Positions 16,972 to 26,658 of a stretch of DNA of 54,088 nt are shown here, piece by piece. Location of the stretch: the IMG/VR virus record IMGVR_UViG_3300023199_000101, positions 1-54,088 of that record. One strand, given 5' to 3'. How positions within the stretch are numbered: the first letter of the stretch is position 1; each line of letters starts with the position of its first letter. The notes beneath the pieces are model-generated. The model did no database searches, had not been told where the DNA came from, and saw only the letters and a list, made by a program, of their open reading frames with translations. This DNA is from a virus. Lineage: Duplodnaviria; Caudoviricetes. The position numbers and the translations under genes were made by a program.

Positions 16972-17643
16972 TTATCGACCGTCCCAGCCGATATTATAAA
17001 ATTCTCGTGCGCTAACAATAGAGGCCTGCACAATGGCCTCTGCGAAGTTGTCCACGATGTCATCCTGCATGAGCAGGGCAGCATCGTCGGGCTGATCGAA
17101 GAACAATGCTTCGACCAGGATAGCTGGCATGGCTGTCTTGCGAAGAACAAAAAAATTGGCATCCTTATCCGGGTTGCCATCCAGTAAAGGATCTGGCCGG
17201 TATCGCAGGCGATCTCCCATCACATCGTTCAGTCGCTCCCAGTAGTTCGCAGCGTAATGGTCAGCCAGGGTTTCGCCCTTCGATGTCCACACTTCAGTTC
17301 CTCTCGCTGTATGCGTTGCTGATGCGTTAGCATGAACGGAAACGTACAGCGTTTTACTCTCAAAAGCTCTATGGTAGAAATTGGCAACGTCAACGCGCTG
17401 CCGAAGTGGTGTGTCACGGTAACGATGATTCACCGTTACCGTGGGAATGCCTATTGACCTGCATTTGTCCAGGATCCTGCTTACTAAGACCCGATTCCAA
17501 ACGCCCTCGCAGAAAGTAGTTCCCAGATGAAAACTTCCTTCCTCGTGAATATACTGCTTTGCAGGGGCGGTAGTGTACTTCCCCGTGTTGGGGTCAATAC
17601 CGCCGTGTCCGGCATCACAGATTAGCAAAAAGTCAAAGTTCAT
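16972..17643 (-). CDS. Endolysin, N-acetylmuramoyl-L-alanine amidase (Amidase_3)
   Basis: DAGHGG, EG..N, SVHANA, GTEVW, FFVLRKTAMPAILVE Zn-amidase motifs. Confidence 0.92.
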   Translation of the reverse strand: MNFDFLLICDAGHGGIDPNTGKYTTAPAKQYIHEEGSFHLGTTFCEGVWNRVLVSRILDKCRSIGIPTVTVNHRYRDTPLRQRVDVANFYHRAFESKTLYVSVHANASATHTARGTEVWTSKGETLADHYAANYWERLNDVMGDRLRYRPDPLLDGNPDKDANFFVLRKTAMPAILVEALFFDQPDDAALLMQDDIVDNFAEAIVQASIVSAREFYNIGWDGR

Positions 17644-17785
17644 CCCCTCTATTCAGTAGCCTCGGAAACGAATATACAAATAATTCTCTTTTACGATTGC
17701 TTGACGTGACTTTTTTCTTCGATCTGCCGCTCCAACCGGTAGCTAGATGCCTACGCCGCGCCGGCAGCCTTGGAAAGATAGGCGC

Positions 17786-18008
17786 TTAACTTGTGGACTG
17801 GTGCGGGGCGCCTGGTCGGGTACGAAGTAGGCCCAGGTATTTGGCTACGGCGGCTTCACCGAGCGCACCGAGTACGTGAATATCCCAAGATCTGGACCGA
17901 CCTGCGCCGTGCCCAGCGGCTCCGGCCCTGGAATATGTTATCGCAGTTCCTCATGTTAGCGACGATGACAGCCTGCATGTACTCTTCTTTCGTTAGCTTC
18001 ACCTCCAT
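17786..18008 (-). pseudogene. Frameshifted, truncated phage gene remnant
   Basis: MEVKLTKEEYMQAVIVANMR continues in another frame as WDIHVLGALGEAAVAKYLG and then stops early. Confidence 0.5.
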
Positions 18009-18009
18009 T

Positions 18010-18336
18010 CTATTTTCCTTTTTTCTTATTCACCTGCGAATGTGCCCAGGCCATGTACCTGGCTCCGTCGAGCGTGGCCATGTGCTTAACGACTTTCCCC
18101 TGATCGGTGAACAACCGGAAGGTAAGCCGGCCTTCTTTCTGAGCGCTAGGTGGAACCACTGAGACGAAGTATTCGTCTTGGCCTATTCTGATCCGCCAGG
18201 AAGGACGATCGCCGTTAGCGAGAACGACAGCGTGGTATTCCTGGATGCCAAGCATGAAGGAACACCGCCAACAGGGGATGTGCCCGACCTGCGCGTATAA
18301 CTGTTTTTCGATCTGTATTCGGTTGCTGTTCATCAT
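18010..18336 (-). CDS. Hypothetical protein
   Basis: ORF abutting the next gene start at 18008. Confidence 0.5.
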   Translation of the reverse strand: MMNSNRIQIEKQLYAQVGHIPCWRCSFMLGIQEYHAVVLANGDRPSWRIRIGQDEYFVSVVPPSAQKEGRLTFRLFTDQGKVVKHMATLDGARYMAWAHSQVNKKKGK

Positions 18337-18690
18337 GAATGAAAAAACCCTGGCAAAGGCCAGGGTCGTCCCGAAACACCTATGTTGAAATCCAAATCTC
18401 CGAAAGATGCTGCCGTTCGCGCACAGGCGTTCTGGCCTGCCGTCGGGCCACTCACACCTGGCAGCCACCCAGGGCAATTCGGCGACTTGGTGTGCCCCGG
18501 AAGCCCTGATCCGGAAACAAAAGAACCCATATTCTTAGCCTTGGATCCTGTCATCGCAGGACAAATCTAGTGTATATTCTTTAATATTCAAAATATTCTG
18601 CAATGAAATTTTTTTCGTGAAAACGTTAAATAATTTGCATGCTCTGAATATCCGCCTTTTTCCCCGAGGTCCGTTAATCCGGGAGCGGGG

Positions 18691-18845
18691 GGGGGTAAAC
18701 ATAGGATTAAGGGGGTATAAATGTACGATTAAGGGGGTATAAATGTACGATTAAGGGGGTATAAATGTACGATTAACCATAATAATACAAGAGTAATAAT
18801 ACAAGATAGAATAAGCGGACCTGTTTCAAAACAGGCCCGATCCTG
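18691..18845. repeat. Non-coding copy of Rep-gene iterons: 3 x 22-bp GATTAAGGGGGTATAAATGTAC plus AATAATACAAGA repeats
   Basis: Perfect tandem units at 18705, 18727 and 18749; the region aligns to 48394-48515 inside the rep gene. Confidence 0.9.
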
Positions 18846-18920
18846 CTGCATAAAGCGAATAGGGGTTGAATTTTTTGTATATTGTGGGCCGTAACCTATT
18901 AGTGAAAAAGAAAAACGAGA

Positions 18921-19589
18921 ATGAAGGATTTTGTCGAATCGCTAAAGTGGAAATCCGAACACGCCAAGCGCCAGGCGCTTCTGGCTGTTGGCAATGCTCG
19001 GACGCGCGCTATTGAGGCCAGAAAGCAAAGATCTTGGCGGCAGAACATTTCTAACCTGGCCCAGCTGTACCCGGAGGATGCGAACTCCTTCTTGGCTATC
19101 CTAGAGAGCGACACCGCTTCGCAAGATTCGGTAGCCCAGGCTGAACGGAAGGTAAAGTTTGTGGACGCTTTTGCTGCTCCGGCTGGGATCCGCCCGAAAA
19201 AGCCGTGCGCTGACTGCCCGGACGATATTGCCGACCAGGTAGAACGAGTTACCGCTGGCCTGCAGGCGACCAAAATAGATGCACACCCCTACGAACCCAA
19301 AACGGAAGCAGGCCGTACAGCGGCGACAGACAGCCCGGGGCAGGACGATACTCCTTTTTCTCTTCCGGAGGAACTGTACGAAGAGCCGAAGCTCAAAAAG
19401 GTACTCGATCTGAATGATTTTGACAGCGTGGACGACCTGAAAAAGTTTCTGGCTTTTGAGGATCGCCCGAAGCGCGAGATCCGCGACGAGGTTAAGGCTT
19501 GGCTGGACAGCAACGAGGTGGAATACAGCGGCCGGTCCAGTACCGAGAAGCTGATCAATGCAATGTACAGGAAGCTAACCGAGGCGTAA
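18921..19589 (+). CDS. Hypothetical protein (first gene of the tail operon)
   Basis: Long ORF; stop overlaps the next start (TAATG). Confidence 0.7.
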   Translation: MKDFVESLKWKSEHAKRQALLAVGNARTRAIEARKQRSWRQNISNLAQLYPEDANSFLAILESDTASQDSVAQAERKVKFVDAFAAPAGIRPKKPCADCPDDIADQVERVTAGLQATKIDAHPYEPKTEAGRTAATDSPGQDDTPFSLPEELYEEPKLKKVLDLNDFDSVDDLKKFLAFEDRPKREIRDEVKAWLDSNEVEYSGRSSTEKLINAMYRKLTEA

Positions 19590-20586
19590 TGCTGGAAATC
19601 GTCGCAAGGAACGGCCAGAGCGAAAAGGCAGAATTCTTCCTCCCTGACGAGGTGGCGGAGGTCACTTACTCGGCCTTTCTGGACTTCGTGAAAGCTGAGG
19701 AAAAGTACCACAATGCCAACTCGACCGACGAAGGAGATCCTGCCGAAGCCATATCCCGAATATTGGATGCCGTACGGACGTTTGTCGATGGCCCGGTGGA
19801 AAGCCTGCCTTTCGAGGGCGAAAGCAAGGATGATCTTTCCTTGGTCTGGCTGTATCGATACTTTGCCGGACTGATCAAGGACTACGTTCCACGTTCTGGG
19901 GAGTCGAGCGAAGCCTACGAGGACCGAGTGCTGAAAAGGGGCGGCTTCGATACGGCCTTTTCCTGCCGGTATGCCGGAGAAACGTACTACATCGAACCAG
20001 ACCGGGTAAAGCGGTACCTAGGAGCGCAAAAGTCGTACACCGTCGGGGAAGTTGTCGAAATATCGGAGGTGGACCGGCTGCTGAGTAGGGAAGCTGAAAA
20101 GACAGGCGACCCGGATGGATCCCTGACCTTCGAGCGGGATCTTACAGCGATGGCTGTTCTACTGCGGAAGGAAGGGGAAGCCCTACCGGTGAACACCCCG
20201 GAGCGGATTGCTTTCCTTCGGTCTCGGGCCGAGCATTTTCAGAACCTGCCGATGCATATTGTCCTCGGTGTTCGTTTTTTTTTGGCAAGTATGTGCGGCG
20301 TTTACGGGCTGAGCCTCGCTACGCTCCCTTCTTTCATGGCAAGCCTAGAGCGGAATTCACCCGCGACCCTTCGCAGGCTCAGGCGGAAAGCAAAGCAAGA
20401 GCGCGTCAAGCAAGGGTATCTGAATACATTAATCAAAAAATCGGTAGTCAGTGGATTTATACGGCGCTTGCGGAAAACGGCTGGTTCAATCGTCCTGGCC
20501 TTACACCGTGGCAGTCTGCCTTTCAGGCTGATTATGCCGATGCTGCCTACCTGTTTTCTATCAACCTAATCGCGAAAACGCAATGA
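19589..20586 (+). CDS. Probable tail assembly chaperone with -1 frameshift extension at T9 (20275-20283)
   Basis: Upstream of the tape measure gene. The 0 frame ends at 20569; the -1 frame after the T-run ends at 20586, overlapping the next ATG. Confidence 0.55.
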
Positions 20587-21275
20587 GCCTGACGATAAAA
20601 AACTGGAATGCCATATGCCGCGACATCGTGATTCGGTGGCCCGCTTCTGCTGGTCATGACCGGATTAACACCTTTGCCGTTTTCGACGACCTGGCAGAAG
20701 TAAATGCTGACAACCTGGGAAAGACCTACGAGGATTATTTGTACGGCTCGTTTTGGTCCAGGGCCTGGGTACATGCCGGAGCGAAGCGAACGAACCTGCG
20801 AAAGCAGTACGGGCTATTTCTGATGGAAAACAAGCAGGGTAAAATACGGGATAAGGACTTATACCTGGATTGCTTCATTAGCATCCTGCTGAAAGATGAC
20901 GGCGAGCGATCCGAGCAGGAAATAGACGAGCGGCTGACGATGAACGTGGCGCACGTTATGAGTGAACTACACAAGTATGAGCTTCGGCGCATAACGCCTA
21001 CGGACAGCCCTCCTTACGATGCCTGGCTGACCCTGGCGCAAGTCATGAAGTTGGAGAGCGATCCGAAAATAGATTCGACCAACGACCTGAACGTTCGCCT
21101 GAGTGCCCGGATAGGCAAGCGGGAGGCCGAAGTATTCAAGCTCAACCCGGATTTCATCGGGATCGATAACACGAGGGGGATGGCCATGCAGCTGCAGGTC
21201 AACATCTGCCCGGTCGAGGAACTGACGTTCAGCGATGAGGTGGACGACCTGAGCCTTCGAGACTTGAAAGCGTAG
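20583..21275 (+). CDS. Putative tail completion/terminator protein
   Basis: Position and size only. Confidence 0.45.
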   Translation: MSLTIKNWNAICRDIVIRWPASAGHDRINTFAVFDDLAEVNADNLGKTYEDYLYGSFWSRAWVHAGAKRTNLRKQYGLFLMENKQGKIRDKDLYLDCFISILLKDDGERSEQEIDERLTMNVAHVMSELHKYELRRITPTDSPPYDAWLTLAQVMKLESDPKIDSTNDLNVRLSARIGKREAEVFKLNPDFIGIDNTRGMAMQLQVNICPVEELTFSDEVDDLSLRDLKA

Positions 21276-21278
21276 GGC

Positions 21279-21767
21279 ATGAGCGAGCGCCTGGAGCGAG
21301 ATATGCGCCAAGCCCTAGACCTGCTGGTAAAGGCCAGCGTCCGGGAAATCAGAGAGCAGGGGCACGTTGCCAGCGGCCGGGGAGTGCGAAGCCTGGAGAC
21401 GAGAGTGCGACGACATGGCGGCCTGGTCATTGGCGAGGTGCTGGTGAACGACTACATGATGTTTGTCGATAGTGGAACCCGGCCGCACTTCCCGCCGGTA
21501 CGAGCCATCCTGAAATGGGTGAAAACGATCCGGCCGGGCTTATCTGAGGCGAGTGCGAAATCTATGGCCTGGGCAGTAGCGACGAATATGGCGAAGGAAG
21601 GAACACCCAGCAGGGGATCCTTCCAGTACAGTAAGAACGGCCGCCGCCGGGAGTGGACCCGGTTTGCGGCTGAGGCCAGCGCCAGGGGCATAGATGCTAT
21701 CTTGGAAGACAGCGACTGGTTGCAGTTTGTGATCGACGAAGTGATCCGGAAAGCACTGCGGGCATAG
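21279..21767 (+). CDS. Neck/tail-completion protein (HK97 gp10-like)
   Basis: ASGR..RSL and Y.MFVDSGTRPHFPP..AILKWV motifs. Confidence 0.65.
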   Translation: MSERLERDMRQALDLLVKASVREIREQGHVASGRGVRSLETRVRRHGGLVIGEVLVNDYMMFVDSGTRPHFPPVRAILKWVKTIRPGLSEASAKSMAWAVATNMAKEGTPSRGSFQYSKNGRRREWTRFAAEASARGIDAILEDSDWLQFVIDEVIRKALRA

Positions 21768-21808
21768 GGCTGACCGACCGAGCGGAGAGTGTGCAAAGAG
21801 GATGACGG

Positions 21809-24800
21809 ATGAAGGTTATTGCCTATCGCATACGAATAGATGGTCAGGAACGAGTAGTTCGGACGGCTAAGGAATTGCGCGAAGCGATCCGGGATACGAA
21901 TCGTGCCCTGCAGGATACTGACATCGGAACGCTCCAGTATAAGAAACTGGAGCGCGAATTGGCTCGACTGCGCAATGTGCAGAAAGGGCTTCGAGACGAC
22001 ACTCGGAAGGTGCAGCGCTCCCTGAAAGAATCTGCCGAGGCCGGCACCGGATCTTACAGAGAACTGCAACTTACGCTTACGCGCCTAAAGAACGAGTACA
22101 AAGACTTGGGCCGGGCGGCGCGGGAAAGCACTAGGGGGCAGCAGCTGCGCGGGCAAATCGCCGGCCTTTCTTCTGAGCTAAAGACCCTAGACCGTGGCTT
22201 GGGAGACAACTTCCGCAACGTCGGTAATTACCAATCGGCCCTATCTGGTGTATTCCGGAATATCCGGAGCGGGCTTGCTGCTGCGGGTATTGTGGCAAGC
22301 GTTGATCAAATCGTTCAGGCTGTCGGCCGTGCCGTTCAGACCTTTGTGGAATTTAACGAGGAGGTGGCCCGGACACAGGCTATTTCCGGAGCCAGTAGCG
22401 AAGAGATAGACGCCCTGGAAGCCGATGCGCGCCGCCTGGGGGAAACGACAGAATTTACTGCTAGCCAAGTTGCTGAGCTTCAAACTCAGTTCGCCCGCGG
22501 CGGCTTTCGCCCCGATGAGATCATTGCCGTAACGGAGGCGGCCCTGGATCTTTCTACCGCTACTGGTGAGGATCTTTCGAGGGCTGCCCAAATCGTTAGT
22601 GCGAATGTTCGTGCCTTTGGGCTGGAATCTCAGGAGGCGGCACGGTTCGCTGACGTGCTTACGGATTCATTGAACTCGTCGAATCAGGAACTAGAGGACT
22701 ACGCCGAGGCAGTGAAATTTGTCGCTCCGGTAGCCAAGTTGCTTGGCGTTTCGGTGGAGGAAACGAGTGCGGCTATTGGGATTCTGGCCGACAATGGCCT
22801 GAAAGGATCTATCGCTACCCGGACCCTTGGGACCAGCTTGCAAAACCTATCTGACGACACCAAGAAGTACCAGAAGCGCGCCCAAGAGCTTGGCGTGGAA
22901 GTTTTCGATCAGCAGGGCGACTTTGTGGGTCTGGCACAGCTTCTTTCTAACCTGGAGGCCGCCTTCGAGGGCTTCAATGACCAGCAACGCCTGGCTGCCC
23001 TGTCGCAAATATTCGGTGCGGAAGCCACCCGTACCTGGGCCACCCTGCTGGATGCTCAGAAAACTGTGTTGATTGACAACAATGAAATTACGGCCCAGGG
23101 GGGCGAAGCCTTGGCGAATTTCACGCGACAACTTGAAAATGCCGGGGGTGCGGCAAAAGAAACGGCAGAGATTATTCGAGACACCCTGGCTGGCGACATT
23201 AAAGAGTTTCGGTCGGCCCTGGAGGGGTTGCAGATATTCATCGTTTCGCAATTCGAGGGGCCGCTGCGGTCTGCTGTCCAGGGGGCTACATCGATCATTC
23301 GCCGCCTGGGAAGTGCCTTTGAGGTGCTGCGCCAGATTTTTGAGCCACTGATCGATGCCTTTGGGCGGCTGGGGCAAGCGGTATTCGAGAGCCAGGGCGG
23401 TGCGGATGCTTTTCGCCTTACTGCTGAAGCTCTTGGGCGGAGTATCGTATTCGTAGTGAATGTAGTCACACGGATCGTTAACGAGCTTGGTGCGTTGATT
23501 GACAGCTTTAACCAAGCGCGTACTTCTGGGAATGCCTTTGCGGTGTTGTTCGACACGATCGTCATTAAGCCTATACAGCTTTTCATTGCTTCGCTTATTG
23601 AGGTTCCTGCCCTGTTGAACGGCCTGCTTCGCGCTATTGAGAATTTCGGTGATTCGATAGTGAAACTTCGGTTTGACCGGATTGACCCGGCCGCACAGTT
23701 CCGCCGTGGTGTTCTGGAAATCAGGAATTTCGATACGGTTGTCAAAGATTCTGCCGAGCAGGCCGTAGGCGTATGGAAGGAAGCCGGGAAACAAATCGAT
23801 GCGTTGGATCCCCTCAGCCCCGGCAACCTGACCTTTTTCAGCCAAGATGCTAAGAACCAAGCTAAGGAGGAGGCGAAAGAACTTGGCGACAACCTTGGCA
23901 ATGAACTCGCTGATGACCTGCGCGCCGACTTGGAAAGCGAACTTGCTTTCCTTAGAAAGCAGATTCAGGATCTAAAGCAGGCTGTTGAGGAAACTCCAGA
24001 AGGCCGGGGGCTGGAAACGCTTATCTCCGACCTGGTGGAAAAGGAACGAGAGCTGGAAGCCTTGGAAGCCAGGGTGCGGACGATCCGCCGGGCCGTGGAA
24101 GGCGAAACCACCGTGGAGGGGCTGAAAGCCGAAATATCGGATATTCAGGCCCTGATTAACTCCAGCCCTGCCGATGACAACCTGATCGACCTTGTTCAGC
24201 TGCTGGTGGAAAAGGAGGGAGAACTCGAACAAGTAGAGGGCATGATTCAAGCGATCCGCCGGGCGCTGGAAGGGGGCGAATTCAACGTTACCGAACCCCT
24301 GGCCGGTCCTGAACTGCCTACCACTGTGAATTCTCAGGACGACAATGCCGACCTGCGCGCCGACTTGGAAAGCGAACTTGCTTTCATTGAGCAGCGTCGC
24401 CTTCAAGCCCTGGATCGACTGAATGGCCTGCGGCTAGAAAACGAGGAAGAGTACGCTAACCGACGCGAGCAGATCAACCGGGAGGCTGTTATCCGGGCAA
24501 CGAAAGCCGAACTAGCTGCTGCTGAGCAGGGCAGCCTGCAATACCTGGCGCTCAAAGATCGCTTATATCAGCAGGAGCTGGAACTGAATCGCAATAAGAA
24601 TCAACTGCTTACCGAGCAAGAGAAGCAGTTTCTTACCCAGGCGCTTGCCCAGGCCAATCAGCTGGCTGGGATTATTTCAGATTCTATCCTGGGGGCCGAG
24701 CGGCAGCGTATCGAGCAGGAAAAGGATGCCAGGCTTTCAGCGGTCGAAGAAGAGTTCGACCGGCGGCTGGAGCTTGCCGAGGAAGGAAGCTTGGAAGAAC

Positions 24801-25456
24801 AGCGGTTGCAGAAGGAGCTTGCCGAGGCCCGCCTTCAGATTGAACGTCAAGCGGCAAATGAGCAGCGTGAGATAGCGCTAAAACAAAACACGATCAATAC
24901 AGCCTTGGCGGTTACGAATGCGTTGGCTACGGTCCGGCCGTTCCTCCCTGCTGGACTAATTGCTGCGGGTATTGCTTTGGCTCGCGGTTTGGCTGAAGGC
25001 CAGCGCATACGATCCCAAAGCTTTGCCGGGGGTGGATTTACGGGATGGGGAAAAAAGGGGGCGGACCGAACCGGAGAGCGCCCTGTCGATGCTACCGTTC
25101 ACGAGAAGGAGTACGTCGTTCCAAGGAAGGTTGCTATGAGCAAGCGCGGGCGTAGCCTTATTGCTCAGCTGGAAGCTATGCGCCGGTCAATGGGATTCAC
25201 TACTAACCCGTGGCCTTTCAAGTCCTTCGCCGAAGGCGGCGTTGTTGGGGCTGCCATTGTTCCGAGTGAGCTACAAGGCGGCACGACGGTAGTGAATGCC
25301 AGGGTAGAACTTTCGGATGAAGACATCGATCGTATTGGATTAGCTGTTGCCGAGGGATCTGCAATAGGAAGCAAGCAGGGAACTGAGGCAGGGGCCAAAG
25401 AGGCTGCAAAAGAAGAAACCCGCCGGAAAGCCTTGCGGGAAAAAACCTTAATATAA
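21809..25456 (+). CDS. Tail tape measure protein (TP901-type core)
   Basis: 1215 aa, helical; FRNVGNY, LGETTEFTASQVAE, GILADNGLKGS.A motifs; FAGGGFTG / VHEKEYVVP near the C-terminus. Confidence 0.95.
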   Translation: MKVIAYRIRIDGQERVVRTAKELREAIRDTNRALQDTDIGTLQYKKLERELARLRNVQKGLRDDTRKVQRSLKESAEAGTGSYRELQLTLTRLKNEYKDLGRAARESTRGQQLRGQIAGLSSELKTLDRGLGDNFRNVGNYQSALSGVFRNIRSGLAAAGIVASVDQIVQAVGRAVQTFVEFNEEVARTQAISGASSEEIDALEADARRLGETTEFTASQVAELQTQFARGGFRPDEIIAVTEAALDLSTATGEDLSRAAQIVSANVRAFGLESQEAARFADVLTDSLNSSNQELEDYAEAVKFVAPVAKLLGVSVEETSAAIGILADNGLKGSIATRTLGTSLQNLSDDTKKYQKRAQELGVEVFDQQGDFVGLAQLLSNLEAAFEGFNDQQRLAALSQIFGAEATRTWATLLDAQKTVLIDNNEITAQGGEALANFTRQLENAGGAAKETAEIIRDTLAGDIKEFRSALEGLQIFIVSQFEGPLRSAVQGATSIIRRLGSAFEVLRQIFEPLIDAFGRLGQAVFESQGGADAFRLTAEALGRSIVFVVNVVTRIVNELGALIDSFNQARTSGNAFAVLFDTIVIKPIQLFIASLIEVPALLNGLLRAIENFGDSIVKLRFDRIDPAAQFRRGVLEIRNFDTVVKDSAEQAVGVWKEAGKQIDALDPLSPGNLTFFSQDAKNQAKEEAKELGDNLGNELADDLRADLESELAFLRKQIQDLKQAVEETPEGRGLETLISDLVEKERELEALEARVRTIRRAVEGETTVEGLKAEISDIQALINSSPADDNLIDLVQLLVEKEGELEQVEGMIQAIRRALEGGEFNVTEPLAGPELPTTVNSQDDNADLRADLESELAFIEQRRLQALDRLNGLRLENEEEYANRREQINREAVIRATKAELAAAEQGSLQYLALKDRLYQQELELNRNKNQLLTEQEKQFLTQALAQANQLAGIISDSILGAERQRIEQEKDARLSAVEEEFDRRLELAEEGSLEEQRLQKELAEARLQIERQAANEQREIALKQNTINTALAVTNALATVRPFLPAGLIAAGIALARGLAEGQRIRSQSFAGGGFTGWGKKGADRTGERPVDATVHEKEYVVPRKVAMSKRGRSLIAQLEAMRRSMGFTTNPWPFKSFAEGGVVGAAIVPSELQGGTTVVNARVELSDEDIDRIGLAVAEGSAIGSKQGTEAGAKEAAKEETRRKALREKTLI

Positions 25457-26658
25457 TGGCTGTATTAGTTACAAAATCGCCAGGCAATTATTCGACCCTG
25501 AAGCCTTCCGTGGTATGGTCGTTTCAGATGGATACGGAAGGGATATACCCTATTGAATATCGAATGTTCTATCAGCTGTTTCTATCCGGTGTGGGTGCTA
25601 TTACGGAGCGCCGGGTAGTAAACTATTCGGCTAATCCGTTGCGGGTAGATTTTTCGGAAGTCATGGCTGGTCAGGTTCATACTCCTTTGCTTTCTCCGCT
25701 GAGCGATCGAGCGATCACGGATGTTAACGATGAACAAACTGCCGATTTTTTCGTGAGCTATGGCGAGTTGGTCCTTAATCGAGAAACCGGTGTGCAAGTA
25801 GAGCAGGGCGCAGCGAATACTGGTCAGTGTACAGTTATGAACGGCGTTGTTCCGTATGACGAATTAGACCTGATAAGCAATACCGAAAACGATGTGTTTC
25901 TTACGCGCCGCGAAAAGTATTTCAAGACCTGCAAGTCGCAGTACGATTGGATCTATGTGCGCGTTGGCCGCGAGCCTATCTGGCTAAAGACTAGCTTCAA
26001 TACTGGCTTAATTCCTTTCATCATTACGCCGCTTCCGGTAGAATTGGCGGCTTATACGATCTGGGCTATACCTGTTGGTGGGGCTAATCTTGCAGACGCT
26101 TGGAGTGCAGATGCTACATACGCGGAGGTCGTAGGTGCTACCGAAACGGTCAGGTTTGAGTTTTATCGTGCCGATCCAGATGCAGACCCTGACCAGACAC
26201 CATTTGAAGTCTATACTGCTGAGATGAACTCGTGCTGCGAGGACGGTAATCAGACTGAGTTGTACTTCCTGGAAGGCCCAGGCGGCTATGCATCTTTTCG
26301 ATTCGATGAGGTTGACTATGGCGCAAACAGGCAGTATAGCAGGGTCGAATCGGCCTGGGATGTTCGCGGAAACCTAGAATACCGGCTGAAGTTTGGCGGG
26401 GCTTCTGTGGCTAGCACTACGACTTTTCAGACCCTTCGGCTGTCTACTCGCTTGCCAGCAGTGTCGGAGCAGCAGGAAAAGTTTTTGCGGCAAATCTATT
26501 CCAGCGAGTATGTGTACCTGAAACATCGGGGGCCGGATGGTGTGTTCTATCCGCTTAGAGTACTGGTAGATGGTGGCCAGTTTACGACCCGTCGCCTCGA
26601 AGAGTTCACCGAGCTAGTTGTCAATATCCGAGCAAACAAAGACCTTCTGAGCCTATGA
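25456..26658 (+). CDS. Tail (distal tail-like) protein
   Basis: Directly after the tape measure gene; LYFLEGPGGYASFRF motif. Confidence 0.6.
   Translation: MAVLVTKSPGNYSTLKPSVVWSFQMDTEGIYPIEYRMFYQLFLSGVGAITERRVVNYSANPLRVDFSEVMAGQVHTPLLSPLSDRAITDVNDEQTADFFVSYGELVLNRETGVQVEQGAANTGQCTVMNGVVPYDELDLISNTENDVFLTRREKYFKTCKSQYDWIYVRVGREPIWLKTSFNTGLIPFIITPLPVELAAYTIWAIPVGGANLADAWSADATYAEVVGATETVRFEFYRADPDADPDQTPFEVYTAEMNSCCEDGNQTELYFLEGPGGYASFRFDEVDYGANRQYSRVESAWDVRGNLEYRLKFGGASVASTTTFQTLRLSTRLPAVSEQQEKFLRQIYSSEYVYLKHRGPDGVFYPLRVLVDGGQFTTRRLEEFTELVVNIRANKDLLSL

Noticed and set aside
18705-18776. 22-bp repeats as the CRISPR array for the type IV system
   Set aside because: The units are head-to-tail with no spacers and match the iterons in the rep gene.
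18691-18845. DGR template/variable repeat pair with 48394-48515
   Set aside because: No reverse transcriptase in the window; the differences are indels and copy-number changes, not adenine-specific substitutions.
22847-23901. Long antisense ORFs (337 and 281 aa) and similar shadows at 4024-4824, 33146-33961 and 53151-54020
   Set aside because: They lie opposite well-supported genes and show no recognisable motifs; expected shadow frames.
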